Shown in pieces: positions 1-13,338 of a DNA stretch of 64,000 nt. Positions within the stretch are counted from its first letter, which is position 1. Each line of letters begins with the position of its first letter. The stretch covers positions 46,936,001 through 47,000,000 of the forward strand of contig NC_045707.1 in the NCBI RefSeq assembly GCF_009834535.1, given 5' to 3'. The notes beneath the pieces were generated by a model, which saw only the letters and a list, made by a program, of their open reading frames with translations, made no database searches and had not been told where the DNA came from. The translations under genes were made by a program, and so were the position numbers. This DNA is from Camelus ferus (taxonomy: Eukaryota).

Positions 1-959
1 CATATTTATATGCACATATTTTCTTGGAAATTAATTCATTTGCAATAACAACAATAAAATCATAACAAAAGGAACCAAGATGTCAATATTTACATCACTG
101 GAAGCTATATGGGTGCATACATTTTTCAAAAGAGAACTCCAGAATTTAATTAGAGAAAATGTATTAACCTTTGATAAGAATATTTAATGAAAGACTAACG
201 ATTTCTCTCAGAAACCACTCCTTCAGCAGGAGTAAATCATTAACTCAGCATAACACGTCTGAAAACATGCATTTATATTCCTACACTGCGCTACATTTCT
301 AAAACTGCTTAAAAGGCACAAGTGGCTGGTAACACCATCAAAAGTAAATATAGTGACATTTAGGTCATGTGGCTCTGATAATAAAATGAAAGTTAAACAG
401 GAATTTAAAAAATGAAGCAGAAGACATAAATTGTATTTTTTTCATTTAAATCAGACCATGAGCAGCTCCGTGTCTCCTAGCTCTGGGAGCCATTACTTAC
501 ATGTTAAACTCAAAAGAAAAGGGATATGTTCGCCTAAATTAAGTAATAAAAGCAAGTCTGGCCAAGTGTCAAACCACATGGTACTAAGTTTCTTGCACAT
601 TCTGTATGAAAACAATGGTCTTCTCTAATGCAAAAGCTTAGCTGATGGGGGATATGAACAAAGTAGTTCACCTTTACCACTTCAAAGCTCTAAGGTGTTC
701 TGTCTGATGTGTTCAGGCAGACACCTGTCACCAGAGTACAGAGACCTTATCTTTCCCATCTAAAATGATCCTGCCTCAGGAAAAGACCTGTTACTAATAC
801 ATGGGTACATAAAAGGAAATCTGTAGTATATAGGAATTTAATCATAACGTTCTTAAGAGTCCTAAATATGGAAAAATTTAATAATCTTAAACATCAAATT
901 ATTTTATTAGATTAAGTGATTTTTTTCAATTTCATAAACCTCTGTGATTACCTGGTACA

Positions 960-1760
960 TGAATGCATCTACTCAAAAAATAATTATTGATGTCTTCTAT
1001 GGCACTGTCCTAGGTTCTGGGATGCAGGGAGAACCAGACAGTTTCAGAAGCCTTACTACTCAAGGAGCTTACAGTCTAAGGAAGGGTAACTCACTAGTCA
1101 AGTAAAAACAAGTCCAGTCAAGTGCAGAAGATAGTTTCAGATTATGTTAAATGCTATAGAGGCTATAAAACAGGATGATATGAAGGAAAGTGACTTGGGA
1201 GGTGTCTAATTTGCACAGACCAGGTAGGCGTCACTGAAGAGGCCAGATACCTAAATTACTAGAAGGAGCTAATTATCAGAGCAAAACTAGGAGTAGGGCA
1301 CACCTGACTGAGGGAAGAGCTGGACAAAGGCCACAAGTAGGCCTGCCGCGGCTGACCCAAGAGGTAACGGAGGCCTGTGTGGCTGGAGCACAGTGAGAGG
1401 GAGGGAGAATATGGGTGGGGTGGGAGCAGCAGATCACAGGGGCCCCGTGGCACTGGTGAGGAGCTCCGATCGTATTCTTGGGGCAATGGGAAGCCACTGG
1501 AGAGGGGTTATGCAGAGGCACAACATAATCTGGTTTGTATTTTTGAAAGATAGTTCTGGCTGCTGTGTTGATAATGGATTGTACAGGGAATACATGTGGA
1601 GGCCATTGCAGTAATCTTGGCAAAGGAAGATTAGTAGACAGATTTGGGGAGTATTTCAGAAGGCTTGCTAATGAAGTAGATGTTGGGGAGGAGGGCTAGT
1701 GCAGCAAAAGATGAGAGCAAGGATAAATCCTAGGTTTGGGCAGGAACCACAAGAAATCAA
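960..1760 (-). mobile_element. LINE-2 remnant
   Basis: ctcaaggagcttacagtctaag; gcaatgggaagccactggagaggggttatgcagaggcacaacataatctggtttgtatttttgaaagatagttctggctgctgtg. Confidence 0.75.
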
Positions 1761-2026
1761 GATTTCTGTTTAGTTTAGCTCCCTCATTTCTTCCCCAGTT
1801 GGAAAGCTGCAATAAGAATCTGACCTTCTACTTCCTAAACCAGAAGTCTTTTAATTAAGAGTATTACATTGAGATTTCCAGATTAATAATTTCATGTTTT
1901 GCTATTTTGCCACTACTAATTATTCACACAAAGGCTGATTTCAAGATAAGTGTGCATTAAAAATCAAAAAAGCATACACAAATTTATCCATGTGACAGAA
2001 CTTCATAGAGCTACACATACATACAC

Positions 2027-2029
<3 letters not shown>

Positions 2030-2065
<36 letters not shown>
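2030..2065. repeat. (AC)18 microsatellite
   Basis: Uninterrupted AC run, read directly. Confidence 0.95.
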
Positions 2066-2068
<3 letters not shown>

Positions 2069-2433
2069 GAGTACCTGTAAAAACTATCCCAATAAGGTCT
2101 GTATTTGAGTTAATAGAATTGAATCAATGTCAATTTCTTGGTTTTGACAATGGACCCTGGTTATGTAAGATATCTTTGTTGATGGGAACTGAGTGAAGGG
2201 TACCTGGGAACTGTTGGTAGTATTTTGTCTTAAATTATTTCAAAGTAAAAATTTTATTTTTAAAATCTTGTCTAAGAACACAGAACTAGTAGGAAACAGG
2301 CAATATTTGAGCCTAGATCAACTGATTTCTAGTTCTTTTGACTATATTCCCAATTACTCAACTATTCTTTAAATTAAAAGAGCTTTAGGGGGGAAAAAAA
2401 GCAATACTTAATTGGCACCTGTTTTCTCACTTT

Positions 2434-2916
2434 GGTAGGGAAGGAAATTTTTTTTCCCTCCTTCTTTTCTAGGTTCTGTGGCTCGTCTAATAATTAAATT
2501 GACCTGAGACGGATTAACAGGAGAAAAAGCAATTTCATTTCATATGTACCGGAGCCCCATAAAAATGTGAGACCCAAGGGTGATTAGGGAGACTGAGGCT
2601 CATACACCATCCTCAGCTAAGGAATTGGACAGGAGTCTGGGGCTTCAAAGGGGAGGACAGTAATTCACAGGACAAGAAGAAGATCAGGTATTTGGTAATC
2701 AGATATTTATTCTTCCATACAGATAGGTCATTCAGATAAAAAGTTCTCTCTGGTAACAGCTCTCTGTCTGGGCCAGGTCCCCTTTCTAAATTCTTTTAGA
2801 CAGTTAAGGGAGAGGTAAAAGTTCTTCGTGAGTCGGCTGGGTCTTGACTGCCTTCAGCTCAAAACAATCTACATGTCAAAGTGGCACATTGGGGTGGCTG
2901 ATTCTGCTTGCTTTCA
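2434..2916 (-). mobile_element. ERV1-class solo LTR (MER34-like)
   Basis: Minus strand begins TGAAAGCAAGCAGAATCAGCCACCCCAATGTGCCACTTTGACATGTAGATTGTTTTGAGCTGAAGGCA. 4-bp TSD cttt at 2430-2433 and 2917-2920. Confidence 0.75.
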
Positions 2917-4696
2917 CTTTCTAAAGAGAAACTGTCTTTTAGTCAACTTTGAAGGTAGTAAGATTCTTGGGCTGCTTTTGCTTCTCCTGCCCTCAAGAAC
3001 ACAGTCAGCCCAAAGCAACCTTGGAGCCAATATTTGCATTTAGCTGGCTCTGGAGTCTATAGCAGGTGTGAAATGCTGTTCTAAAACAATTTAAATGCCT
3101 ATGCTTTCCTTTCCTGAGTGAGTTGAACAAAACAATGAAAATGATTTAAGCCATTTGTGGAATGAACCAGAATGGAGCTTACCAAATGTGAATGGCCCAG
3201 AGTGTGGGAAAACCTGTGGCCTTGGGTTGGGTGATTTTATCCTATTTGTCCAGGGCCACTGCTCCCAGAGCCCTGCAGAGAACCATCAATAATGTCAAAG
3301 ACCAACAGCTCCCATTCACAGGCTACCATAGCACCTGTCAGGTGCACTGGCCTGAAAAGAGCTGTGGTTTTTCTGTTTGCTTGTTTGTTTTGTAGGGTGT
3401 CAAGGAAGTGGGGAAGGAATGGTGGGACAGCGTGAACAAGACTCTAGGAAATCTGGTGGCGAGAAGACCCTTAAAATAAGCCAAGAACAGGTGGAGATGC
3501 TTCCCTCTCACAAGGAAAACTGGAGAGTCATGTCAGGTAGAGCCACAGTCAGGCACCACCCGGAATGTGGGATTCTCAATTCCCCCAAAGCCTACACCAA
3601 CAGGACCTAGCAGGAGCAGCAACCTGAAGACAACCCAGGATGGATTTTCTTAGTTAAAATGAGAAATGGAATGAAAGTCTTTAATCTCAACTAAAATCTG
3701 GGGAAATATGCAAGAAAGGAGCAGTTAATGAACAGTCAGCCCTGGAAGATGGGAGTTGGAGTGATGTTTTTCTCTCTCTCTAGGGCAATTTTCTCACACT
3801 CAAGGCTCCATTGGTATTTCTTTGTAGACTGCTGTTAAATGTTCAGAATTTCACGTGCATATAACCTCTCTCTTGCCATACAGACTATAGATTCCTTACT
3901 CTACCTTCTATTTCTGACGAAATCTTTTTAATGCCTTTTGGAGCCCCCAGCACTCTGAGAACACTCAAAATGTACTGTTAATAAATGCCTTAGGGGGTTG
4001 AGAAACCTAATACAGCCACTCTTCTGAATAACAGAAATAGCACAATGACTATCTTGGGGAATGGGAAGAAATTCTTACCCTTGCTTGGCATTACTTGTCA
4101 AGAGGCTTGAGTTTCAATGATAATTAATTTCCTACAAAGGAGATGAAAACAAAGACAAGGTGGGGGGATTGCAAAAAATACACAAAATACCTAATGAATG
4201 GGAACAAAAGGCAAATGATCATGACCACAAACCTTGCTCAACTCTTTTTGTAGTTAGTATTTAAATGCTAATATTATCTCATCGTCCCAATACTTAAAAA
4301 CCTTGAGACTAAACCATGACTGAGTATACAGGATAAACTGAAATTAAATCCTTGTGTGAAGGTGCAGAGCACAAAGGAGTTTTCATCTGTTTGGTTTACC
4401 TAATTCTTTTTCTTTTATGTACAATTTTAGAAATGAAAGGAAAGGCTCAATGGCCCTGGTATGACAAATCTCTTCTGGCAAAATTTAATTCAACAAAAAT
4501 GGCAAAGATAATGACATACTTTCACAGGAAAAGTTTGCCCTGAAGAAAGGCCTCTCCAGTTTTGACTCTCAAAACAATTTTAGAACAAGCATTAGCTTTA
4601 ATCCAGCCCTCCAGTAAGCACCGAGGAAAGAAAAGTAAACAAAGCTGATTCCTGTCATGCAAAGCTATTTTCCGGCTTTTCTCCCTCTTTATTCGA

Positions 4697-5046
4697 AGAA
4701 TGGACAGACCTTCTCTGTGAAGGCCCAAAGAGTAAATGCTTTTTAGGCTTCATGGGCCACAGGGTCTCTGCTGCAACTACTCAGCTCTGCCAGCATGGTG
4801 TGAAAGCAGCCACAGATGACATGTAAACAAAAGAGCATGGCTCTGTTCCAATAAAACTTTATTTACAGACACTAAATTTGAATTTCATATAATTTTCACA
4901 TGTCATAAAATATTATTGTTTTGTTGTTGTTGTTGTTGTTTAATTCTTTAAAAATGGAGAAACCATTCCTACCTCACAGGCCATGCAAAACACGTAGAGG
5001 ACTGAATCTGGCTCACAAGCATTTGACCATAGTTTGCCAATGCCTG
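4697..5046 (+). mobile_element. hAT-Charlie MITE (MER58B-like)
   Basis: ggtctctgctgcaactactcagctctgcc...gaaagcagccacaga...tgttccaataaaactttatttaca...catagtttgccaatgcctg. Confidence 0.8.
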
Positions 5047-6060
5047 CTTGACACCAAAGGCAAGATGGCAACAAAAAGCCAAAATGATCTTAGAAAGTGT
5101 TCAGCTTGTTTCTCAAAGGAGAAGGCTGCTGGGGAAGGAAAGAAGAAGGGAACAGAAGGTGAATAGAAGAGGAAGAAGGGATGCCCATGAGAAATTAGAA
5201 GACTGCAGCCTTAGGGAGAAGAACCCAAGCAAAAGACGTGAAAGCTGGGGGGAAGGAGGGTAGTGGGTGTGGGTAACAGAAAGAAGCAGGAGGCCAAATC
5301 TCTAGGGCATTTGCAGGAAGTGAAAGTGCAAATGGGAGGCCAGCTAATGACTAGCCCAGGGGATGGACAGTAGATTAAACTGTAAGGAAGGTGAACATCA
5401 TAAACATGCAGGTTAATAAAGGAACCCAGAACTTAAGAACCAAAGGTACTTACTATGTGCATAAAATTATCCTCTGAGCAGGTAGGGCAGTTCTGCTGTC
5501 AGAAGTCTACCGGGGTGTGTGCATGTTGGAGGGGGTGATTTTCATTTTGCTTTTATTTTGTACAGCGTTTCTGGGAATATCAGTTCAAAGGGGCCAATTC
5601 TGAAAGCCTTAAGTCTGCAGTCTTTGAATTCCCCTCATCTTTAAAATGATTTGATTTGACACTGGGCAGAGCTGGGCTTCCAAGGTTCTGACTGCTGTAC
5701 CCACAACTATGCCTGACCTGTACATCCCCAATGGGAATTTTCAGCAGTAAAGAAGTTAAGGAACACCCTCCCATGTGAGATTGTATTATTACAACAGTTA
5801 CTAATAATGCTGATAAAATGGATTAATACCCAGATAGGTCAGAACTTACGCTGCACAGAGACCAGAACAAACTCTGTTTTAAGTTTGGTAAAATAAATGG
5901 CTAATGGCTGATATTCAGCAAACACTAAATAGAGACCGCTAGGAAATGCCAAAGAATCACTTTCATGAAGGGTCAAGGACTAAAGACCTATTACCTGCTG
6001 ACTAGCCAGGAAAAGCTGAAAAATAAGATAAAGTTAAAAAAAAAAAAAAAGCAGTAATAG

Positions 6061-6561
6061 TGTTATGAGTTGAATTGTCTCCCCAAAATTTATACGTTGA
6101 AGCCCTAAGCCCCCTAGGATTGTGACTGTATTTGGAGTCTGTAAAGAAGCAATCAAGTTACTTTATTTATTTATTTAGGAGGAGGTACTGGGGACTGAAC
6201 CCAGGACCTTGTGCATGCTTAGCATGCACTCTACCACTTGAGCTATACCCTTCCCCCCAGAAGCAATCAAGTTAAAATAAGACCATTAGGGTGGCCCTAA
6301 TCCAATCTGACAGGTATCCTTGTAAAAGGAGGAAATTAGGACACATGGAGAGACACCATAGATGCACACACAGAGGGATAACCATGTGAAGAGGCAGCAG
6401 GAGGGTGGTCATCTGCAAGCCAAGGAGGCCTCAGAAGAAACCAAACCCACCAACAACTTGATCTTGGACTTTCAGCCTGCAGAAACGTGAGAAATAAATT
6501 TCTGTTGTTTAAACTACCTAGTCTGGGCATTTTGTTATCGCAACTCTAGCAAACAAATACA
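6061..6561 (+). mobile_element. MaLR LTR (MLT1B-like), interrupted by a SINE
   Basis: tgttatgagttgaattgtctcccc...gccaaggaggcctcagaagaaaccaa...gagaaataaatttctgttgttt...aaacaaataca (TG...CA ends). Confidence 0.88.
6161..6258 (-). mobile_element. tRNA-Ala-derived SINE (camelid Vic-1-like), short copy nested in MLT1 LTR
   Basis: Reverse complement reads GGGTATAGCTCAAGTGGTAGAGTGCATGCTAAGCATGCACAAGGTCCTGGGTTCAGTCCCCAGTACCTCC plus a (TAAA)n tail. Perfect 16-bp TSD agaagcaatcaagtta at 6145-6160 and 6259-6274. Confidence 0.9.
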
Positions 6562-6878
6562 AATAGTTACGATGCCTAGAGATTAAGAGGAAGGTGAGGG
6601 GAACAAATAAGGCCACCACAGATTCACTCAACCAACATTCACTGGCCCCACTAGGTATAGAGCAATGTGCTAGATTCTGAGTGTATAAGGATGTATAAGA
6701 AAAACTAAGTTCTTGCCCTCATTGAACTCATAGTCTGCTTGGGGACAAAATTCTAACATAGGATGGATGTGCCACCACAGAAATATGCCCCAAGTGCTTT
6801 GGAAACCCCGAACAGGAGTTTCTCAGCCAACCATGAAGGGGTTTCTTCAAGAAAGAGACGATGTCTGGACTAAGTGCT

Positions 6879-6906
6879 TTAATTAATTAATTAATTAATT
6901 AATTAA
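6879..6906. repeat. (TTAA)7 self-complementary microsatellite
   Basis: ttaattaattaattaattaattaattaa, read directly. Confidence 0.9.
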
Positions 6907-9559
6907 TAAAACAAAACAAAATCCCCTCTTTCTTCTGATTGTTTGAGTAGTAGAATATATAGGAATATATTTTTGAACTGGAGAAAATAAATATCATTGA
7001 GGAAGAGAAGGAATTCTGATGTGTGAGATAAGGGGTTGTATTCTGGCCACGTTGAGTTAAGGTACAGAGCGCCGACCTGCAGCTATCCAGTAGGGCTGGA
7101 GACAGATTTAGAAGCAGTTCTCTTTGAGATGGTCATGAAGCCAGGGGTACAGATGGGCTTTGCCCAAGAAGAATGGTGCCAGTGAGAAGATAAGAAGGAT
7201 TTGGCAGAACTCGGGTGAAGATGAGCATTTAACAGGTAAACAGAGTAAGAAGCTTAGAAATAGTAAATGACGATACAGGAGGAAAACCACGACATTTACT
7301 GCGCTCACAGTAAGTGCCCAATAAATGTGAGTCACTATTAGATTAAATTCAACAGACATGGCCTGTACATCAACCATACCCCCTGTGTATCCAGTCTTGG
7401 TGCATTTCAGTAACTGCAAACCAGAAACCTGGGCATCATCCCAGAATCCTCTTTCTTCCTCAGCCTAGAGTCCAGTCAGGCAATGAGTCCTTCCAATCCA
7501 GTGCTTCTCAATCTTGTTTTCATTATTCCTTCCCTAAGACTTTTAAGACATTTTTTCCTAACTGCATCCCTCCCGTGAAATTTTAACACCATGGATAACT
7601 GGGTATCCATTTATTACCATAGCCCTTTTGAAGACCACAAGCCACGGTTAATAGCTAAGATTTTTTTATACCCTGCCTCAACCAGTTTTTGCCCCCTTGG
7701 GATCATTTCCTCCCATTGAGAGCCTATGTACTAGTCCTTCCTCTTATACCCCTCTCAAGCTTATTATCCTTTTCCCAATCCTCAATGCCAGTGCCTTGTC
7801 CTCTGGACAATTTTCACCTGGAATATTCCAACAGCTTTCTAACTGTGCCCCCTAACCATATGCCACCAGAGTGGGCTTTCTAAGTGCAAGTCTGTTCATG
7901 TCAATCCTTTTATCAGAATTCATCAGTTGTCCTCCACCCCCTGTTGGACATTTACGTGGCACTCAAGGCCCCTGCTGAGCAGTCCTGGGCCTGAAACCCG
8001 TCTTGGCTGTCACCACCTCATCCCTCCCCACTAGGCACCAGGCGCACACAAGGTACAGCCATCGCCCCTGGGCCTTGGCACCTTTTGTTACCTCTGCCCA
8101 GAATGCCCTTTCCCTTAGCCTACCCAGTGAACTCCTACCTACCCTTCAACCCTCAACATAATAAAGTATATATGCACCCTTTAAAGCCGCCCCCAATTCT
8201 GTTTTACTGTAGGCTCAGCAGGAATGTCACTGTCCCTATCACCTATCTCTGTGTCACAACTCTTCAGTTACCTCTGATGGTAACAACAACTAACATTCAA
8301 TTCACGTTCACTGAACGTTTAATACATGCCAGGCTCTGTTCTGAGCACTATACATGTATCATCTCATTTGTCTGAAGCACCTTTTGGGCAGGGATTATAT
8401 CTTAATTTCTGTACCTGTTTAACTCCTGGCACATACTAGATATTCAATAAATGCTTGCTGAAATAATGCAGGAAGCAAAGTTTTGGAGTTTCTCTTACCT
8501 GCTCTTTTCTCTGACTTGCACAGCCCCTCCTACAATGGTTTATGGTACTTACCCTGGTAATAAGAAGTCAGCAGGGATGGGACATGACTATTCTGCCAAA
8601 GGTTTTAACAGTTTCTTCTAAACACACTCAATGATTCAGTGAAAAAAGTTATTAGGAATGCCTTTCCAAGTGCAGGAGGGGAAAAATCTAATCTACAATC
8701 CAGAACACTCACATATTTACAAATCTGGTCAATTTGAAGGATATAAATATATCTTAAAATGCCATAGGCAAAGAGTCTAACAGTTTGGGAAAAACAATGA
8801 AAAGATTTAGAAATATAATATTTAAAAGCATACAAACAAGAGACTGAAAAAAAATCAGGTTATATAATAACCTAGTGAACCACTTTGAAATAAAATACTC
8901 ACAAAAAGATAAACAGAAAAATACTTTAAACAGCAGAGTGAAAACTCCTCCTCATAGTTCCTTAAGGGTCATTGGAGAAGGTCATTTAAGTCCAGCGCTC
9001 CCCTCTCCCACCCTCTGCTAACTGAAATAGCAACCAGACTTAATAGTAATTCGAAAAGACTACTTCAAGTTGATTCAGAAAGTTTTACTTTCTGAAAAAA
9101 AAAAATGTATTTTTTATACACACACATATAATCTGAATTTTATCTTTTATTTGGCATCACATGATTTTAAGTGTTAGTATCAAGTAAATAATAACTTTCT
9201 AGGAATAACTAGAGTTAAGAAAGAAAATTTCTACACAAAAATCTCCTATGGTAAAAATGCAAATATTGCATTTCACTACCCATTTATTATAAACCGTGGT
9301 TATCTCTAGGCAATAAGATTATGTGTAATTTCCATTTTTTAAATATCTTTCTAGAACCTTTTTTTAAACAACAAATATCTGTTGCTTTTATATTCAGAAA
9401 AGAAAAAGAGCTATTTTCACTTTTAAAAATGTATTTTTTGTTAAACATTAACAACATTAAATAACAACAATTGTTATTAATTTACAAGTCACTTGTATGT
9501 ATGGCAGCTAATTTTCCACTTACGATAAGAAATACACATATTTTAAACCACTACCTCTG

Positions 9560-10026
9560 GTAAGTACTATAAGGCCCCAAAATGATCAGACACATCTCCC
9601 AAGGAAATGTGAGGTCTCTACTCCTGTCTTTGAATCTGGGCTTTGGGGACAGCCTAACTGAAACAACATAGTGAAAGTTAATGCTTTGCCAGTGTTGGGA
9701 TCCAGGACCTAAGAACCCAGCAGCTTCCACTTCCTACCTTTTGAAACTCAACCACCATACTGTGAGGAAACCCCAGCCACCTATAGAAAGGCCTATGTGG
9801 AGAGAAACCAACAAGCAGCACCAATTCACCAGAAATGTGAATTTCTCACCCATCTGGGAAGTGGCTCCTCCAGTCCAGCCCCAGTTAAATGACCCCAACT
9901 AGCACCAGGAGGAGCAGAAATGAGCTGTCCCTTCTGAGCCCCACTGATATTACACATTCATAAGTAAAATACATGACTATTATTTTAAACTAGTAAGTTT
10001 TGGAGTAGCAAAAGATAAGCAGAATA
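9560..10026 (+). mobile_element. Old MaLR LTR (MLT1F/G-like)
   Basis: cagcttccacttcctacc...ccatactgtgaggaaaccccag...ctgtcccttctgagcccc...ttttaaactagtaagttttggagtagc. Confidence 0.65.
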
Positions 10027-10391
10027 TCATGTTTTATGTATTTGCCTTCACCTTTTCCCAATTACAACTTAAACTCTGAGGGTACGACTCTGCCTGTACA
10101 TTCATCTTTATAGTCATTCCTTCATTCATTCAATAAACATGTGAGGATAAACATGTGTCTAGCACTATACTGGATAGGTTCTGCAGGTAGAGATAAAAAT
10201 AGTCTCTACCTTAGAGAACATTATGTTCTATTTGCAAAAAAAGAAAAAAAAATAGACAATCACAGAGCCTTATTAGCAGAACAGCCAGCAATGGTAGATA
10301 CTCAATAAATGTTGCGTAATGAATGAATGAATAAATCAGGTTCTAAGAATGACTTTGGGAATCATGTACTATCATCCTTTTACAGATGAGG

Positions 10392-11086
10392 TGTGCCAAT
10401 TAGCAACGTATTACTTCTTAGCTCTAAATTCACCCTCTTTGCCCTGCTTTGTGATACTAGGGCTGGACCCTGTAAATATTTCTCTGTTGTTGCATGGTGC
10501 AGTGTTAGTTTTCATCAACAGAGAGCCCTGGAGGAATGCTGCAAGGCCACTGCACAGGAAGGGTCTTATCATTCTGGTCTGGGATGCTTTATCCCCTCTA
10601 AAGTATATTGCCAGTGGCGTCTGGGAAACACAACAGTGCTCACTCTCCAGGGAATTTCTCTACCACTCAGCAGTCTGCTTTCTGAGGATCAACTCTGGTC
10701 CACTGACATTCTTTACCAAGTTTCTCAACCTGGTGGGCTTCCCTTACTGACCAGCTCCAGCCTGTAACCTCTGGCAAGTTCACTGGCCACTGGCAGGCTG
10801 CATACTCACTTGGCTGCCACTTCATCTCCAATGAGATCTGAACCTCAGCCTTGGGGGTGGGGAGAGGCTCCTTGAAAGCTCTTAGTGCCTTCATCTTGTA
10901 CTCTCCTTCAGCCCAGAAAAAGCAGCTTCTTCCACTTGCTGTTTCTGTGTTCCTCAGAGACCTCTTTTACCGTGTTAGTAGTTAACCATTGTTAATTTTT
11001 TACTACTGAATAATTCTTTATATTAAATTTTCCTTGTCCAAATCACTGTGTGCTTTTTGTCTCCTAAATGGATCCTGACTGGTGCA
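10392..11086 (+). mobile_element. ERVL-class LTR (LTR41/LTR52-like)
   Basis: tgtgccaattagc...ctctaaattcaccctctttgccctgctttgtgatactagggctgg...tatattaaattttccttgtccaaatcactgtgtg...cctgactggtgca. Confidence 0.6.
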
Positions 11087-11589
11087 TGAAGGAATAAAAG
11101 GGCTCAAACAAATACAAGAGCCTGAAAAATCACATTTGCCCATTAACACCATCAAATGACTGATTACGAATAGAAAGAAATTGAAAGGGAAGAGATAATT
11201 TAAAAACTCAACAAAAATTGCTAAGTCAATCTCATTCAAAATCTTTGTCTAATCACATTTCTTAGAAAACCTTTTTATCTTCTTTTAATCTCCCATTTGG
11301 TAAACTTGAAAAAAAAAAAAAAAAAAAGGAAATGTTGGCACAGGTGAGACCCAAGGCAAGAAAGGGTTAGAACAAAAAGGAGCTGCAGCTAGTCCAGGCT
11401 GGATAATCTAAGACATGTGACGGCATGAGAACCAAGCACTGGAATTAGAGACAGGACTGCCTAGTGCTCAGTAGCACAAATGGGAGGACCAGACTGGCGA
11501 TGTTCAAATCTCAGTTCTGCTACAGCTGTGTGACCTTGGGCAATCTGTCTAATGATAATGACAGTATCCACCTCAAAGGTCTATGAGGG

Positions 11590-13338
11590 ACTGAAAGAAT
11601 TAATATTGTTAAAATGGCCATACTGCCCAAGGCAATCTACAGATTTCATGTGATCCCTATCAAATTATCCAGGACATTTTTCACAGAACTGAAAAAAAAA
11701 AATCCTAAAATTTACATGGAATCACAAAAGACTCAGAATTGCCAAAGCAATATTGAAGAAAAAGAATGAAGCTGGGGGAAAAATCCTCCCAGACTTCAGA
11801 TAATACTACAGAGTTACAGTAATCAAAACAGCATGATATTGGCATAAAAACAGACATATGGCTCAATGGAACAGAATAGAGAGCCCAGAAATAAAACCCA
11901 AAGACCTACAGTCAATTAATCTTCAACAAAGGAGGCAAGAATATACCATAGAGAAAAGACAGTCTCTTCAGCAAGTGGTGTTGGGAAAACTGTATAGCAG
12001 CCTATAAATCAATGAAGTTAGAACACTCCCTCACACCATACACAAAAATAAACTCAAAATGGCTTCAAGACTTAAATATAAGACAAGACACGATAAGTCT
12101 CCTAGAAAAAAACAAGCAAAACATTCTCTGACATAAATCTTATCAATGTTCGCCTAAGGCAGTCTACCCAGGCAATAGAAATAAAAGCAAAAATTAACAA
12201 ATGGGACCTAATTAAACTTACAAGCTTTTGCACAGCAAAGGAAACCATAAGCAAACAAAAAGACAACCTACGGAATGGGAGAAAATATTTGCAAATGATG
12301 TGACTGACAAAGTTAATTTCCAGACTATATAAACAGCTCATACAACTTAATAACAACAACAAAAAAAACAACTCAATCTAAAAATGGGCAGAAGATCTAA
12401 ACAAGTAAATTCTCCAGTGAAGACATACAAATGGCCAATAAGCACATGAAAAACTACTCAATATCACTAATTATCAGAGAAATGCAAATCAAAACTACAA
12501 TGAGGTATCACGTCACACCAGTCAGAATGGCCATCATTCAAAAGTCCACAAACGATAAATGCTGGAGAGGCTGTGGAGAAAAGGGAGCCCTCCTACACTG
12601 ATGGTGAGAATGCAGTTTGGTGCAGCCGTTATGGAAAACAGTATGGAGATTCCTCAAAAAACTCAAAATAGACTTACCATACAATCCAGCAATCCCACTT
12701 CTGGGTATATATCTGGAAGGTACTCTAATTCGAAAAGACACATGCACCCTCAATGTTCATAACAGCACTATTTACAATAGCCAAGATATGGAAACAACCT
12801 AAATGTTCATGGACAGATGACTGGATAAAGAAATTGTGGTATAAATACAACGCAATACTACTCAGAAGAATAAAATAATGCTATTTGCAGCAACATGGAT
12901 GGACCGAGAGATCATCATCCTAAGTGAAGCAAGCCAGAAAGAGAAAGAAAAACACCATATAATATCACTCATATGTGGAATCTAAAAAAAAGAAAATTAG
13001 AGTACACTATGAATTCATCTACAAAACAGAAACAGAGTCGCAAACATAGTAAAGAATCTTATGGTTACTAGGGGAAAGGGTGTGGAAAGGGATAAATTTG
13101 GGAGTATGAGATTTGCAAATGTTAGCCACTATACGTAAAAATAGATTTTAAAAAATATCTTCTATATAGCACAGGGAACTATATTCAATACCTTATAATA
13201 ACACTTAATGAAAAAGAATATGAAAATGAATATATGTATGCATATGCATGACTGGGACATTGTGCTGTACACCAGAACCTGACACATTGTAACTGACTGT
13301 ACTTCAATTAAAAAGAAAAAAGAAACAATACAGGGGAA
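11590..13338 (+). mobile_element. 5'-truncated LINE-1 (ORF2 3' part + 3' UTR + A-rich tail), frameshifted; antisense to CRADD intron 2
   Basis: L1 ORF2 C-terminal sequence (ORF-track piece [28 protein letters not shown]) and a cetartiodactyl-type 3' UTR. Near-perfect TSD aaaggtctat(g/c)agg at 11575-11588 and 13339-13352. It splits a MIR. Confidence 0.92.

Noticed and set aside
6161..6258. tRNA-Ala-like sequences (also at 32732 and 38298) as true tRNA genes
   Set aside because: They have A-rich tails, flanking TSDs or repeats and stem-breaking substitutions, so they are SINE copies.
12102..12802. ORF-track entries overlapping L1 (also 39504-40281, 46659-47223, 28208-28784)
   Set aside because: Fragments or antisense frames of disrupted L1 copies. 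There is no intact ORF1/ORF2.
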